Assembly (NCBI GenBank): GCA_964654465.1
Contig: CAZZIO010000040.1
Span: 190,037-254,036, forward strand
Origin: an uncultured Dictyoglomota bacterium
GTDB lineage: Bacteria; Dictyoglomota; Dictyoglomia; Dictyoglomales; Dictyoglomaceae
DNA length: 64,000 nt
Direction: 5' to 3'
Translations under genes and position numbers: made by a program
Shown here: positions 27,611 through 40,929 of the stretch, piece by piece
Layout of the letters: every line of letters starts with the position of its first letter
Numbering within the stretch: position 1 is the stretch's first letter
Notes under the pieces: generated by a model
The model's database searches: none
What the model saw: the letters and a program-made list of their open reading frames with translations, nothing else
What the model was told of the DNA's origin: nothing

Positions 27611-30011
27611 ATATTTCCCTTTCTTCTTTTTCTAAATATGGTAATTTTTCTTGCATCCTCTTATAACCTTCAATAAACTCATCTTTTCCGAAAAGCAAAA
27701 TAATATGTCGACCAAACCTTGACCACTTGATAAACTCTAAGTCTGTGAGAGGAGGTTTTAAAAATACCAAATATTTATATATTTTGTTTGGTATCTTGTT
27801 AGGATAAAAATATACATCTCTTCCTTCAAAAGATCTAATATCTTTATCTCTTGTTTTAGAAAACCTTGCATCTGTAAAAGAAGGCGTATATACCTTATTA
27901 GGTAAACGAAGATTTTTTATTCCTAAAAGATCTGAAAGCATTAATCTTTTTTCCTCATTTTTAAGGTAAGAAATAAAAATAATAGGATTTTTTAAATTCT
28001 TAACAGTTTCTAAAAATTTTTGAAAAACTTGTTCCTTCAAAAATAACTCTGAATCATCCCATAATAAAATTGTATCTTTGTTAATTTGAATTGATTCTAA
28101 ACTCCATGGAGAACACAAATTTAATTCCCCAAAATTTTCATTCCAATTAGGAGATACTATGATATAATCTCTTTCTCTTTTCTTTATCTCATCTATAAGA
28201 TTTAACACTTCAAATATATTATCAACAAAATATAATATATACTTAATTTTGTCTCTTTTAATACTCTTTAAGGATTCTTCAGATTCTTTCCACTCCTCAA
28301 GATAGAAATTAAAATATTCTCTCCCTTGATACCCTTCTTTCTCTATTTTTAAAACAATATCTACTGTCTTAGGAATATCCTTAAAAGTCTCTTCTCCTAT
28401 ACTGAGGGAAAAGATGGGAGCCGAAAAAACTCTTCCTGTTATATCTCCTATCTTTATTTTATATCTTGCACCATTACCCATCTTTTCAAAATTTGTAAAA
28501 GTTGTAGAATTTATCTTAAATCTTGGCTCCTCATTACCAGGGCCAAAAGGCGGTAATAAATCAAGCTCAGAAAGAAATTTGGATAAAAATTCTTTGCTGA
28601 CCTTATCTAAAGATATTTCAGCATCTATTTTTACTTTAGGTGTAAAATCCAAGTCTTTCCAAAGATTGTTTGCAGTATTTATTGCCTCTAATTTAAAATC
28701 TACATAATCTTTATTTAGAATAGAGAACCCAACCGCACCTTTATGCCCACCATAATTTATTAAGTATGAGGATAGCCTAGATATATAATCAAACAAATCT
28801 ACCTCTTCCACTCCTCTACCTGAGAAGACAATCATTTCACCCTCTTTTCTTCCAAGAAAGAATGGAAGGTTATATTCCTCACTTAACATTGAGGCAACAA
28901 CCCCTATAACTCCTCCTACCTCTTTTCCCCAATTTTCACTATACAAAAAAACTACACGATTTTTCTCTAAATCCTCATACTTTACTAATTCTTTTGCCAT
29001 CTCATAGACTCTTTCTACTTCCTCTTTTCGTTTCCTATTAAATTCATCAAGCTTATCTGCCAAAGACTCTGCTTCATCTGCATCTTCGGTTAGAAAAAGT
29101 CTTACTGCTTCCTCTACTTCCTTAAATCTTCCTACTGCATTTATTCTGGGAGTAATGCTAAAGATTATATCTTTAGTACTTATCAGGGTATTGCGATCCA
29201 AGCCAGCCTTCCTAATTAGAGCTCTCAAACCTAAAATATCCGAATTTAAGATCTTTTCTAATCCATATTTCACAAGTATTCTGTTTTCATCCTTTAATTC
29301 CATCATATCTCCCAGGGTGCCTAAGGTTACAAGTTCTAATACACCTTTTTCATTATAAATATTTTTACCTATAGCATCCCCTAAAACCTTTAAAAACTTA
29401 AATGCTACTCCTACACCCGCCATATATGGGTATGGATAATTATTTAAATAAGGATCAAAAACCAATAAAGCATCTGGAATACATGTTTCATCTGGAATAT
29501 GGTGATCCGTCACAATTACCTCAATACCATTCTTTCTTAAATAATCTATTTCTTTTTTATTCTTAATACCACAATCTGCAGTCAATATAAGCCTTACAAA
29601 TTCATTTTGAGTTAAAGCTCTCTTAATACTTTTTTCTTTAAGTCCATATCCCTCTTCTAATCTATGAGGAATATAATAAGAAACATTAAAACCCCAATTG
29701 GATAATACACTATAAAGAATAGTTGTAGCTGTAATACCATCAACATCATAATCTCCAAAGATAAGAATTTTGCCATTTATTTCCCGAAGCTTTAATAAAT
29801 ATTTAATAGCCTTTTCAAAATCTGAAAAAAAGAAAGAAGGATCATATAAGTCTTCCATTTTGGGGTAAAGAAACTTTTTTGCTTTGTTTACCTCATTAAT
29901 TCCTCTATTTATAAGAAGACGGGCAAGAAGAGATGAAACTCCAAGTTTTCTTGCAAGATCCTCTTCCTGCCCTTTATTTTCTTCAAAAAGAAGAATCCAT
30001 TTTCTCATCAT
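27534..30011 (-). CDS. recJ: Single-stranded-DNA exonuclease RecJ with long C-terminal extension
   Basis: GDYDVDG, PHRLEEGYG, TDHH, PRINAVGR, GGH and PFGPGNEEP motifs. Confidence 0.93.
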   Translation of the reverse strand: MMRKWILLFEENKGQEEDLARKLGVSSLLARLLINRGINEVNKAKKFLYPKMEDLYDPSFFFSDFEKAIKYLLKLREINGKILIFGDYDVDGITATTILYSVLSNWGFNVSYYIPHRLEEGYGLKEKSIKRALTQNEFVRLILTADCGIKNKKEIDYLRKNGIEVIVTDHHIPDETCIPDALLVFDPYLNNYPYPYMAGVGVAFKFLKVLGDAIGKNIYNEKGVLELVTLGTLGDMMELKDENRILVKYGLEKILNSDILGLRALIRKAGLDRNTLISTKDIIFSITPRINAVGRFKEVEEAVRLFLTEDADEAESLADKLDEFNRKRKEEVERVYEMAKELVKYEDLEKNRVVFLYSENWGKEVGGVIGVVASMLSEEYNLPFFLGRKEGEMIVFSGRGVEEVDLFDYISRLSSYLINYGGHKGAVGFSILNKDYVDFKLEAINTANNLWKDLDFTPKVKIDAEISLDKVSKEFLSKFLSELDLLPPFGPGNEEPRFKINSTTFTNFEKMGNGARYKIKIGDITGRVFSAPIFSLSIGEETFKDIPKTVDIVLKIEKEGYQGREYFNFYLEEWKESEESLKSIKRDKIKYILYFVDNIFEVLNLIDEIKKRERDYIIVSPNWNENFGELNLCSPWSLESIQINKDTILLWDDSELFLKEQVFQKFLETVKNLKNPIIFISYLKNEEKRLMLSDLLGIKNLRLPNKVYTPSFTDARFSKTRDKDIRSFEGRDVYFYPNKIPNKIYKYLVFLKPPLTDLEFIKWSRFGRHIILLFGKDEFIEGYKRMQEKLPYLEKEEREIFTNLVQNFLQFLQKAKPSEIYSLLL

Positions 30012-30887
30012 CTATGAACTATGTATATCTTTCCACTCACAAAGTAAAGATGTAGCTATGTATATAGTACTATAAGTACCTATTATTATTCCAAAATACA
30101 AAGCAATTATAAAAGATCTTAAAACTGATCCACCCCATATAAGAAAAGGTGTTATTGCTAATAAAGTAGTTAAAACTGTATATATAGTTCTTGCCAGGGT
30201 TTGATTAATACTTTTGTTAGCAAGAGTTGTAAAATTTTCTTTTGGATTCTGTTTCATATTCTCCCTTATTCTATCGAATATTATTATATTATCATTAATA
30301 GCATAACCTAAAAGAGTTAATATAGCTGCTATAAAGGATGGACTAACTTCCCATTGGAAAATAGAAAATAGAGAGATAGTAGCCAAAAGAACAAAAGCTT
30401 CACTTACAATAGCAGAAATTGCAAAATCAAATCTAAATCTTATAGTTATATACACAAGCATTATGATTATTGCTAAAATAGATGCAAGAATAGCCTTTTC
30501 TCTGAGTTCTTTGCTTATAGTTGGCTCAATAGTAGTTAGTTCTCTACCCTCATATTTCCCCAAAACTTTCTCAATCTCTGAAGAAAGTTTTTTAACATCT
30601 TCTTCATTTAAAAATTTCGTTCTTATCCAAATCTCTTTACCCTCCGATCCTGTCTGTACTGTGGCTTTGTCATAAAGGCTTTTCGCTATATTTCTTATCT
30701 TTGAAATCTGATCAGAAGATAGAGGAGAAGACAATTTATAATAAATAACACTTCCGCTTTGAAAATCAATACTATAATTCAACCCCTTTGTAAAAAAGAA
30801 CACCATTCCAACTATTATAAAAATGAGAGACATGATAAGAAAAAATCTTCTCACATTTTTCCCCAAAAAATTTATTTCCCTTTTCAC
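30012..30887 (-). CDS. secF: Protein translocase subunit SecF
   Basis: GLNYSIDFQSG, GYAINDNIIIFDRIREN and GTYST. Confidence 0.95.
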   Translation of the reverse strand: MKREINFLGKNVRRFFLIMSLIFIIVGMVFFFTKGLNYSIDFQSGSVIYYKLSSPLSSDQISKIRNIAKSLYDKATVQTGSEGKEIWIRTKFLNEEDVKKLSSEIEKVLGKYEGRELTTIEPTISKELREKAILASILAIIIMLVYITIRFRFDFAISAIVSEAFVLLATISLFSIFQWEVSPSFIAAILTLLGYAINDNIIIFDRIRENMKQNPKENFTTLANKSINQTLARTIYTVLTTLLAITPFLIWGGSVLRSFIIALYFGIIIGTYSTIYIATSLLCEWKDIHSS

Positions 30888-30904
30888 GATTTTTCCTCCC
30901 TTCC

Positions 30905-32104
30905 CTAAAATCCAAGTAACTTTGATGCTTTTTTAAATATAGGAAGCGATAACAAATTCTCAAGAAGAGTTCTTGTCACTACAATAGATGTAAACATACT
31001 AAGAGCCACACCTAATGACAATGTTACTGCAAATCCTCTTATAGGTCCTGTCCCAAAATAGAAAAGTATTAATGCTGCAAGGATAGTGGTAACATTACTA
31101 TCAATAATAGCCCTTAAGGCATTCCTAAAGCCAGAATCTAAAGCTGCTATAGGAGTTTTACCCTTTGCATATTCTTCTCTCATTCTTGCAAAAATTAAAC
31201 AATTAGCATCTACAGCCATACCTATAGAGAGAATAATACCTGCAATACCTGGTAAAGTTAAAGTGGCATTTAAAAGCTTAAGAGCAGCAAGATCTAATAC
31301 TATATAGACTAAAAGAGCAATATCTGCTACAAGTCCCATCATTCTAAAAACAAGAATCATAAACAAGATAACAAGGATTCCACCTATAATTCCATTCCTA
31401 TAAGCAGACTCCATAGTATCCTTTCCTAAGGTTGGATCGATAGTTCTATTTTCAATAACCTTTACAGGTACAGGTAAAGCTCCAGCCCTAAGAAGTATTG
31501 CAAGTTTTTGTGCCTCATCAAAAGTAAATCTTCCTGTTATCACTCCCACTCCTTCAGTTATAGGCTCTTTTATTACAGGATTGGATATTACCTTACCATC
31601 AAGTACAATAAAAACCTGCTTTCCTACATTTTTAGCAGTAAAATCTGCGAATATCTTAGCACCCTCAGGGTTCATCTCTACCCTGACCATAGGTTGTCCA
31701 ACTTGATCAAATTCCACTTTTGCACTCTTTAACGCAGAACCAGTCAGTATAGTATTTCCTTTTTCATCTTTGAATTCAAGTAAAGCAGTCTGACCAATAA
31801 TTTCCAGTGCTCTTTCTGGATCTTTTATACCAGGAAGCTCTACTACAATCTTATCTGTACCCTCTTTATAGATAGAAGGTTCTGTAACTCCTAATTGATC
31901 TATACGATTTCTAATGACCTCGATAGTTCTTCTCACAGCATCATCTGTAATCTCAACTCCTTCTGCCTTTTGACATTGTAATGTAACCCTAATACCGCCC
32001 CTAATATCTAATCCAAATCTAAATGGAAAAGTAAGGAGAATCCAGATGGCTACACCCAAAAGAAGTACAATAAAAGCTGTTTTATATTCTGTCCTTATAT
32101 TCAT
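30905..32104 (-). CDS. secD: Protein translocase subunit SecD
   Basis: GLDIRGG, RIDQLGVTEP, LRAGALP, GMAVDAN and DSNVTT. Confidence 0.96.
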   Translation of the reverse strand: MNIRTEYKTAFIVLLLGVAIWILLTFPFRFGLDIRGGIRVTLQCQKAEGVEITDDAVRRTIEVIRNRIDQLGVTEPSIYKEGTDKIVVELPGIKDPERALEIIGQTALLEFKDEKGNTILTGSALKSAKVEFDQVGQPMVRVEMNPEGAKIFADFTAKNVGKQVFIVLDGKVISNPVIKEPITEGVGVITGRFTFDEAQKLAILLRAGALPVPVKVIENRTIDPTLGKDTMESAYRNGIIGGILVILFMILVFRMMGLVADIALLVYIVLDLAALKLLNATLTLPGIAGIILSIGMAVDANCLIFARMREEYAKGKTPIAALDSGFRNALRAIIDSNVTTILAALILFYFGTGPIRGFAVTLSLGVALSMFTSIVVTRTLLENLLSLPIFKKASKLLGF

Positions 32105-32128
32105 TATTTCATATCTCCCCTTTCTCTG

Positions 32129-34573
<2,445 letters not shown>

Positions 34574-34583
<10 letters not shown>

Positions 34584-35662
34584 TTAACAACATCCACTCC
34601 TTGATAATAGTATTTTAAAATCTCTCTATAATTATAACCTTTTTCTGCCAAAAATTTTGCGCCTTTCTGAGAAAGACCTACCCCATGTCCATTCCCTCTA
34701 CCCACAATTAAGATTTGACCGCAACTATTCAAGGAAAAATTAAATAAAGTACTTGGTAGATTAAATAAATATCTAAAAGTCGTACCTTTAACATAATATA
34801 CTCCGTAGTCATCCTTAAAAATTATATTATATACTCTATTTGATGGCGTTTTCTCTACTTCTATAGAAAATTCATTACTCAAAGAAATTCCTAAAGATCT
34901 TATTTTGACCAAAAGATCTCCTAAAGTTACCTCTCTTGTCCATGCGTCTAATAAAAGTTCATCCACGTCTTTAACACTTTGCAAATATGGTAAATCTTGT
35001 CCCCAAACATATTTACAAGCTTCGGTACAACCACCTGAAGATGAATGGAAAAAAGCTTTTATAGGAGTACCATTATATACAATTACCTCTCCCTTGGTGT
35101 CCATTACTGCTTTTGTAGATTTCTCATTCTCTTTTTTCATCCCTTTATAGACTTGACAATGAGTAGTATTGCAAAGATCAAATTCTTCATGTCTACCTAT
35201 ATTAGCTAAAGCATAAGTTCGTGAAGCAACTGCTTGTGCTTTTAAAGCTTCCAAGGGATAGTAAGCAGGCATCTCTGATGGTACTACTGACAACAAATAA
35301 TCTTCCGTATTTATCACATTTATTAACCATCCACTTTTTGATATCTCCATATATCCACGATAAAAATCGTTATTATAATTTAAATAATACCCATCCGGGT
35401 AGATTTTAATTGGCAAAGTAGTTGTAAGTATACCATTTTCTGCTTCTATAATAGCACTACCATCCTTAACTATAATCTTTATAATCCCCTTACCTTCAAC
35501 CTTAATGTTAAGATAATCTGTAATAATCTCACCTATATTTGAGAAGAAAACCTCACCATCAATCTTTTCAATACCAATTCTTAAAGTTGGAACCTCTTGA
35601 GAATAGGATAAACTAAAAAGGGATAAAGAAAAAAGAATAAACAATAGTAAAAGTATCCTCAT
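34574..35662 (-). CDS. SpoIID/LytB-domain protein (lytic transglycosylase-like)
   Basis: Signal peptide; VVPSEMP...EALKAQAVASRTYA, CQVY, GHGVGLSQ.GA and ILKYYY. Confidence 0.9.
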
Positions 35663-35674
35663 TTTAACATAACT

Positions 35675-35896
35675 TTACTTTTTGAGTCTCAATATGATAT
35701 TTATGATTATGGTAAGGAAAAGACTCAAAAGAATAGAGGTAGTCAATGGAAAATAAAAAACAAAATTCTTCCTCTCTATTCTAATATCTCCAGGAAGTTT
35801 ACCTAATAAAGGAATTTTATCTACAAAGAGAAAAACTAATCCTAAAATTATAAGTAAAATTCCCAAAAAAATAAGTACTTTACCCATAAAGTCCAC
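35675..35896 (-). CDS. DUF2905-family small membrane protein
   Basis: LGKLPGDIRIERKNFVFYFPLTTSILLS signature; two TM segments. Confidence 0.85.
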   Translation of the reverse strand: MDFMGKVLIFLGILLIILGLVFLFVDKIPLLGKLPGDIRIERKNFVFYFPLTTSILLSLFLTIIINIILRLKK

Positions 35897-35898
35897 AG

Positions 35899-36765
35899 TT
35901 ACATACCCCCTATAATCTTTTGAAATTTATGCATTGTTTTAAAGGTAATCTCGTTTCTTGTTATAAGCTCACCATCATAACTAATTATAAGTTCACTATC
36001 TGATTTTATTGTTACTTCTTTACTCCTATAAAATTTTACATGAGGATTAATGGTATGTTTTCCTATATATACAAGAGGAAAAGTAGCAATCAACTCCGCA
36101 GTATGAATCTTTTGAGCAATAGCTATATCAAGAAAACCATCATCCACCTTAGAATTAGGAAGTAATTTCATACCACCACCATAATACATCGTATTTCCCA
36201 AAGCCACCAACGTAATTCTACCTTTCCAAGTTATAGAGTCAAAAAAAATCTCGCACTCTGGATATTTGAACCCCTTTAATGTGGTAAAAACAGAAATAAC
36301 ATACCCTTTAAATCCTGTCAAATTCAGCTTATTCGAATTATAATTTACATCTCCTACAAAACCAGTTCCTGCTATACCCACAAAATATCTTCCATCTAAT
36401 ACTCCAATATCCACTTCTCTTATATTCTGGGATTTTAAAAGTTTTATAGATTTTTCTATATTTCTTGGGATACCATAGGATATAGCTATATCATTACCTC
36501 TTCCAAGAGGGATTATTCCTAAAATTCCTCTACCCTTAAGCCCATTAACCACCTCATTTATAGTACCATCACCCCCAGCTGCAACTACCACATCTACTCC
36601 TTTATCCAATGCCTTCTCCACCTGTTCAAAAGTTTTTTTACCACCAATAGTATATTCTATTGAATAATCTAATCCCTCTCTATCTAAAATATCTATAAGT
36701 CTTGGATATATTTTTTCAGCCTTTCCTCTATTAGAAGTAGGATTAAACAAAATATGATATTTCAT
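35899..36765 (-). CDS. Diacylglycerol/lipid kinase family protein (YegS/DagK-like)
   Basis: NPTS, GGDGTINEVVNG, PLGRGND and YYGGG. Start set to the ATG at 36765 (ATGA overlap with the queH stop). Confidence 0.88.
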   Translation of the reverse strand: MKYHILFNPTSNRGKAEKIYPRLIDILDREGLDYSIEYTIGGKKTFEQVEKALDKGVDVVVAAGGDGTINEVVNGLKGRGILGIIPLGRGNDIAISYGIPRNIEKSIKLLKSQNIREVDIGVLDGRYFVGIAGTGFVGDVNYNSNKLNLTGFKGYVISVFTTLKGFKYPECEIFFDSITWKGRITLVALGNTMYYGGGMKLLPNSKVDDGFLDIAIAQKIHTAELIATFPLVYIGKHTINPHVKFYRSKEVTIKSDSELIISYDGELITRNEITFKTMHKFQKIIGGM

Positions 36766-37310
36766 TTTTTTCCTTCCCTCCAATATCTGTCTTTTTCACT
36801 ATATATACATCCGCAATATTTCTGTCTATAAAGACCATACTCCTTAGAAAGCTTGACTCCCTCACTATATCCCACTCTAAAATCTTTATAATAAAATTCT
36901 AAACCAAATTCCTTTGCTAAAAGATAGCCTATATCTTTTATTAAATCATGTTTTTGATAAGGGCTTACCAATAAAGTGGTAGAAAAGAGCTTATATCCAA
37001 GTTCTTTTGCTTTTTGGGCTGTCCTTTTAAGCCTCATGTAATAACAAACAGGGCATCTATTATCTTCTCTATAAACTACTTGTCTTATAAATTCCTCTAA
37101 AGCGTAATCATCCTCATACACTACTTGTAAATTCTGACTTTCTGCAAAGGATTTAAGAGTAGAAAGTCTGAGAGAATATTCGGTATAAGGATGAATATTG
37201 GGATTATACCAAAAACCAGTAATTTCATAACCTTCCTCTCTAAGAACTTTCAAAGGATAAGTAAGACAAGGAGCACAACATATATGAAGAAATATTCTTT
37301 TATCCTCCAT
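36762..37310 (-). CDS. queH: Epoxyqueuosine reductase QueH (DUF208)
   Basis: HICCAPC, YNPNIHP, CPVCYYMRL and YRQKYCGC; in the same string as queA and tgt. Confidence 0.9.
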   Translation of the reverse strand: MEDKRIFLHICCAPCLTYPLKVLREEGYEITGFWYNPNIHPYTEYSLRLSTLKSFAESQNLQVVYEDDYALEEFIRQVVYREDNRCPVCYYMRLKRTAQKAKELGYKLFSTTLLVSPYQKHDLIKDIGYLLAKEFGLEFYYKDFRVGYSEGVKLSKEYGLYRQKYCGCIYSEKDRYWREGKK

Positions 37311-38304
37311 CAGAGCACCTCATTAAATGAGAAAGTCCAAGGGGAGTTATTATTCTTCCTCTTGGTGTCCTTTGAATAAAACCTATTCTTAAAAGATATG
37401 GCTCATAAACTACCTCAATAGTTTCAGGAGACTCATTAAGAACAGCAGCTAAGGTTTTTATACCTACAGGTCCACCAGAAAACTTATCTCTAAGGGTAAA
37501 AAGGATCTTTCTATCTAAATCATCTAAACCCTTATCATCTATCCCCATAAGGTCAAGAATTTTTTTCACTTCTTCTTTATCTATAATTCCCATTTCCTCC
37601 ACTTCTATATAATCTCTTATTCTTTTTAAAAGACGATTTGCAATTCTTGGTACTCCTCTTGATCTTTTAGCAACCTCATGTACGCCTTCCTCAGAAAGCT
37701 CTATACCAAGTAATTTTTGAGACCTCTTAATAATTTCTACCATCTCATCATGAGAATAATAATCAAGAGAGGCAATAAAACCAAAGCGATCCCTCAAAGG
37801 ATTACTAAGAAGCGCAGGTCTTGTAGTAGCACCTACTAAGGTAAAAGGAGGAAGCTTAAAATTAAGTACTCTTGCTCCAGGTCCCTTGCCAGCAATAAAA
37901 CTTATACTTCTATCTTCCATGGCAGAATACAATATCTCTTCCAAAGATGAAGATAATCTATGGATTTCATCTATAAAAACAATTCCATTTTCTGGAGCAT
38001 TTGTCAAAAGAGCTACAAGATCCCCTATTTTTTGTAAAGAAGGAGCCGAAATAGCTTTTATTGAAACCTTTTGCTCTTCTGCTAAAATAAAAGCAAGAGT
38101 AGTTTTACCAACACCAGGAGGACCTACAAATAGTATATGATCTATAGGTTCTTTTCTTTTTTTAGCACCGTTTATTATCAAACTAAGTCTTTCTTTTATC
38201 TTTTTTTGTCCAATAAACTCAGAAAGATTTTTAGGTCTTAAAATATTATCTAAGAGAGGTTCCCTCTGAGTTAAAGAAGAGGCTGGAATCTTTCTCATTT
38301 TCAT
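37300..38304 (-). CDS. ruvB: Holliday junction helicase RuvB
   Basis: LRP..FIGQ, GPPGVGKTT, FIDEIHRL, PLRDRFG and RTPRGR. Confidence 0.97.
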   Translation of the reverse strand: MKMRKIPASSLTQREPLLDNILRPKNLSEFIGQKKIKERLSLIINGAKKRKEPIDHILFVGPPGVGKTTLAFILAEEQKVSIKAISAPSLQKIGDLVALLTNAPENGIVFIDEIHRLSSSLEEILYSAMEDRSISFIAGKGPGARVLNFKLPPFTLVGATTRPALLSNPLRDRFGFIASLDYYSHDEMVEIIKRSQKLLGIELSEEGVHEVAKRSRGVPRIANRLLKRIRDYIEVEEMGIIDKEEVKKILDLMGIDDKGLDDLDRKILFTLRDKFSGGPVGIKTLAAVLNESPETIEVVYEPYLLRIGFIQRTPRGRIITPLGLSHLMRCSDGG

Positions 38305-38876
38305 AATTCCTTAGATAATCTTTGTAGAGCAAATTTAATAATCTCTTCTATATTCTCAAAATCTTTAAATTTTTTTCTAATCTCTTTCATAACCTCATTA
38401 ACCTCTTCTTTATTATAACCTAAGTTATATAAAGCTTTCCTTATAGTACTTTCCTCCTTTTTCTCCTTGGGCAATAACCCATTCTTTTCCAAGAATATTT
38501 TTTGAGCCACTTTTTTGCCAATTCCCGGAACTCTTAGTAGAGAATTTATATCTTCATTTTCTAAGATTTCATTAAATTCCTCTGGAGAGAAATAATTTAC
38601 AATCCTTAATGCTATTTTCTCCCCTACCCCTTTTATACGTTTAAGATCTTCAAAAAGATCTCTTTTATTCTCATCCAAAAAACCAAAGATCTTAATCTCT
38701 TCCTTATCGATACTTTCAGAGATATAAATCTTTACTTTTTGACCTATATTATTACCCAAAAGGATCAGGTCCTTTTCTCCCAAAATAATCCTAAAACTAA
38801 AAAAATCCAAACTCACTACCACAAAATTATCATATATCTTATCTAATTTCCCTTCTATTGAATGAAAAAATGACAA
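38301..38876 (-). CDS. ruvA: Holliday junction DNA-binding protein RuvA
   Basis: HhH motifs IKGVGEK and VPGIGKKVA; ALYNLGY; lies between ruvC and ruvB. Confidence 0.93.
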   Translation of the reverse strand: MSFFHSIEGKLDKIYDNFVVVSLDFFSFRIILGEKDLILLGNNIGQKVKIYISESIDKEEIKIFGFLDENKRDLFEDLKRIKGVGEKIALRIVNYFSPEEFNEILENEDINSLLRVPGIGKKVAQKIFLEKNGLLPKEKKEESTIRKALYNLGYNKEEVNEVMKEIRKKFKDFENIEEIIKFALQRLSKEL

Positions 38877-39356
38877 TTAAATATTCTCCCCTCTGCTATA
38901 AATATATGCTAATGCAATAGCTAAAGCATCAGCAGTATCATCTGGTTTAGGAATATCTTTCAAATTTAAGACTTCTTTGACCATATATTGGATTTGGCTT
39001 TTGGATGCCCTTCCATATCCAACTATTGATAATTTAACCTCTAAAGGACTAAACATAAATATCTCTTTTTGGTGTTGGTAAACAGCAAGCAAAATTATAC
39101 CTTGGGATTGCCCAATACTTATAGCAGTTTTTACATTTTTATTAAAAAATATATTCTCCATCACAACAATGTCAGGATCATAACTCTCTAATAGAGCTGA
39201 GATTTGATCATATAAATAATTTAATCTCCTTCCTAAACTCCAATTAGAAGGAGTTATTAGAGCCCCATAATCTATAACATTAATATAGTCTTCTTCCTTA
39301 TTTAAAATGCCAAAACCAGTTATAGCTGTTCCAGGATCAAGTCCTAAAACTTTCAT
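38877..39356 (-). CDS. ruvC: Crossover junction endodeoxyribonuclease RuvC
   Basis: LGLDPG, GYGRASKSQI and DDTADALAIA. Confidence 0.96.
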   Translation of the reverse strand: MKVLGLDPGTAITGFGILNKEEDYINVIDYGALITPSNWSLGRRLNYLYDQISALLESYDPDIVVMENIFFNKNVKTAISIGQSQGIILLAVYQHQKEIFMFSPLEVKLSIVGYGRASKSQIQYMVKEVLNLKDIPKPDDTADALAIALAYIYSRGENI

Positions 39357-40106
39357 CTAAGATAGAGCTTGTAAGATCTCGTCAGGTATATCAAAATTAG
39401 CATAAGTCTTTTGTACATCATCATGATCCTCAAGCTCTTCCATAAGCTTAAGAAGTTTTTCTGCATCTGGACCTTCTACTGGAACTAAATTCTTCGGAAC
39501 TTTTGTTACTTCAGCTTGAGTTATTACATATCCTTTTTCTTGTAATTTAGCTTTAACTTCAGAAAAGTTTTGGGGGTCTGTTATTATTTCAACACTATCA
39601 CTACTTATTTGAACATCTTCTGCGCCAGCTTCTAAAGCATCACTAATTAATTGATCCTCATCCTTAACACATTCCTTATCAATAAAAATGCTACCTTTAT
39701 CTTCAAATATCCATGCCACACATCCTGCCTCTCCTAAACTTCCACCGTGTTTCGTAAATATTCTTCTTATTTCCGAAGCAGTTCTATTTTTATTGTCTGT
39801 AACTACTTCTACCATTATAGCTACACCGCCTGGTCCATATCCTTCATAGGTAACCTCTTCATATGTTACACCAGGAATCTCTCCTGTACCTCTCTTTATA
39901 GCCCTTTCAATATTCTCCTTTGGCATATTAGCTTCTCTTGCTCTCTCAATTGCAGCTCTTAAACGGGGGTTAGTTTCTGGATTTCCTCCGCCTTGTTTAG
40001 CTGCAATAATAATCTCCTTACTTAAAGCTGAAAAAAGTTTTCCTTTTTTAGCATCTGCTGCAGCTTTTCTGTGTTTAATATTTGCCCACTTAGAATGTCC
40101 TGACAT
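39357..40106 (-). CDS. yebC: YebC/PmpR family protein
   Basis: [22 protein letters not shown] and TDNKNRT. Confidence 0.96.
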   Translation of the reverse strand: MSGHSKWANIKHRKAAADAKKGKLFSALSKEIIIAAKQGGGNPETNPRLRAAIERAREANMPKENIERAIKRGTGEIPGVTYEEVTYEGYGPGGVAIMVEVVTDNKNRTASEIRRIFTKHGGSLGEAGCVAWIFEDKGSIFIDKECVKDEDQLISDALEAGAEDVQISSDSVEIITDPQNFSEVKAKLQEKGYVITQAEVTKVPKNLVPVEGPDAEKLLKLMEELEDHDDVQKTYANFDIPDEILQALS

Positions 40107-40178
40107 AATCTTCGCCTCCTTAGTTTAAAGACTTGAATATTAGTGTTTTCAATGGCATTCTACAATATTTTATAAAGT

Positions 40179-40207
40179 TTGACAAGAATCATAATTTTCG
40201 ATAAACT
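40179..40207 (+). promoter_or_regulatory. SigA-type promoter for the HAD gene
   Basis: TTGACA (40179-40184), 17 bp spacer, TAAACT (40202-40207); ATG 8 nt downstream. Confidence 0.65.
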
Positions 40208-40215
40208 TTCATACC

Positions 40216-40929
40216 ATGGATATAAAATTGATATTAACAGATATAGAAGGATGTATAACCAAAGATAAAGGATATCCCTTAGACTTAGATGGGCTAAAAT
40301 GGATTAGAGACCATCTTAAACTTCTTCCTCCTATATCTTTAAACACAGGAAGATCAAAACCATATATAGAAGCAATGCTTCAAGCAATAGGCCAATTTGA
40401 GGATTCTATAGGAGAAAATGGATGCATTATATATCTAATTGATAAAGATGATATAATTTTGCATCCCAAAATAAAAGAAGAATTTTTAAGGCAGAGAGAA
40501 GAACTCAAAAAATTTTTAAAAGAGAAATTAAAAGGCTATGGACATATAGAGCCAGGTAAAGAAGTTTGTGTATCCATATTTCCAGAAAAAGATATTCCTG
40601 TACCAGAATTAGCAAAAATGTCTCAAGAATTAATCGAAACAAATTTTCCAAACTTTCAATTAGTTTATTCCTCTGTTGCAGTAGATATTACTCCTAAAGG
40701 AATAGATAAAGGAGCAGGAATGGATCTCCTTTTGGAAATAAAAGGATTAGACTATGATGAGGTATTAGGTATAGGAGATAGTTTAGGAGATCTCCCCTTT
40801 TTAAGTAAATTAAAATATAAAGCAACACCATATAATGGACATCCACAATTAAAAGAAATAGCAAATTATGTGGCAAAAGAAGAAGATATTTTAGGTCTAA
40901 TAGAGATTTTTAAATACTTTTTCCTTTAA
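40216..40929 (+). CDS. HAD-superfamily (subfamily IIB) phosphatase
   Basis: TDIEGCI, NTGR, ENG, DKG and GIGDSLGD. Confidence 0.85.
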   Translation: MDIKLILTDIEGCITKDKGYPLDLDGLKWIRDHLKLLPPISLNTGRSKPYIEAMLQAIGQFEDSIGENGCIIYLIDKDDIILHPKIKEEFLRQREELKKFLKEKLKGYGHIEPGKEVCVSIFPEKDIPVPELAKMSQELIETNFPNFQLVYSSVAVDITPKGIDKGAGMDLLLEIKGLDYDEVLGIGDSLGDLPFLSKLKYKATPYNGHPQLKEIANYVAKEEDILGLIEIFKYFFL

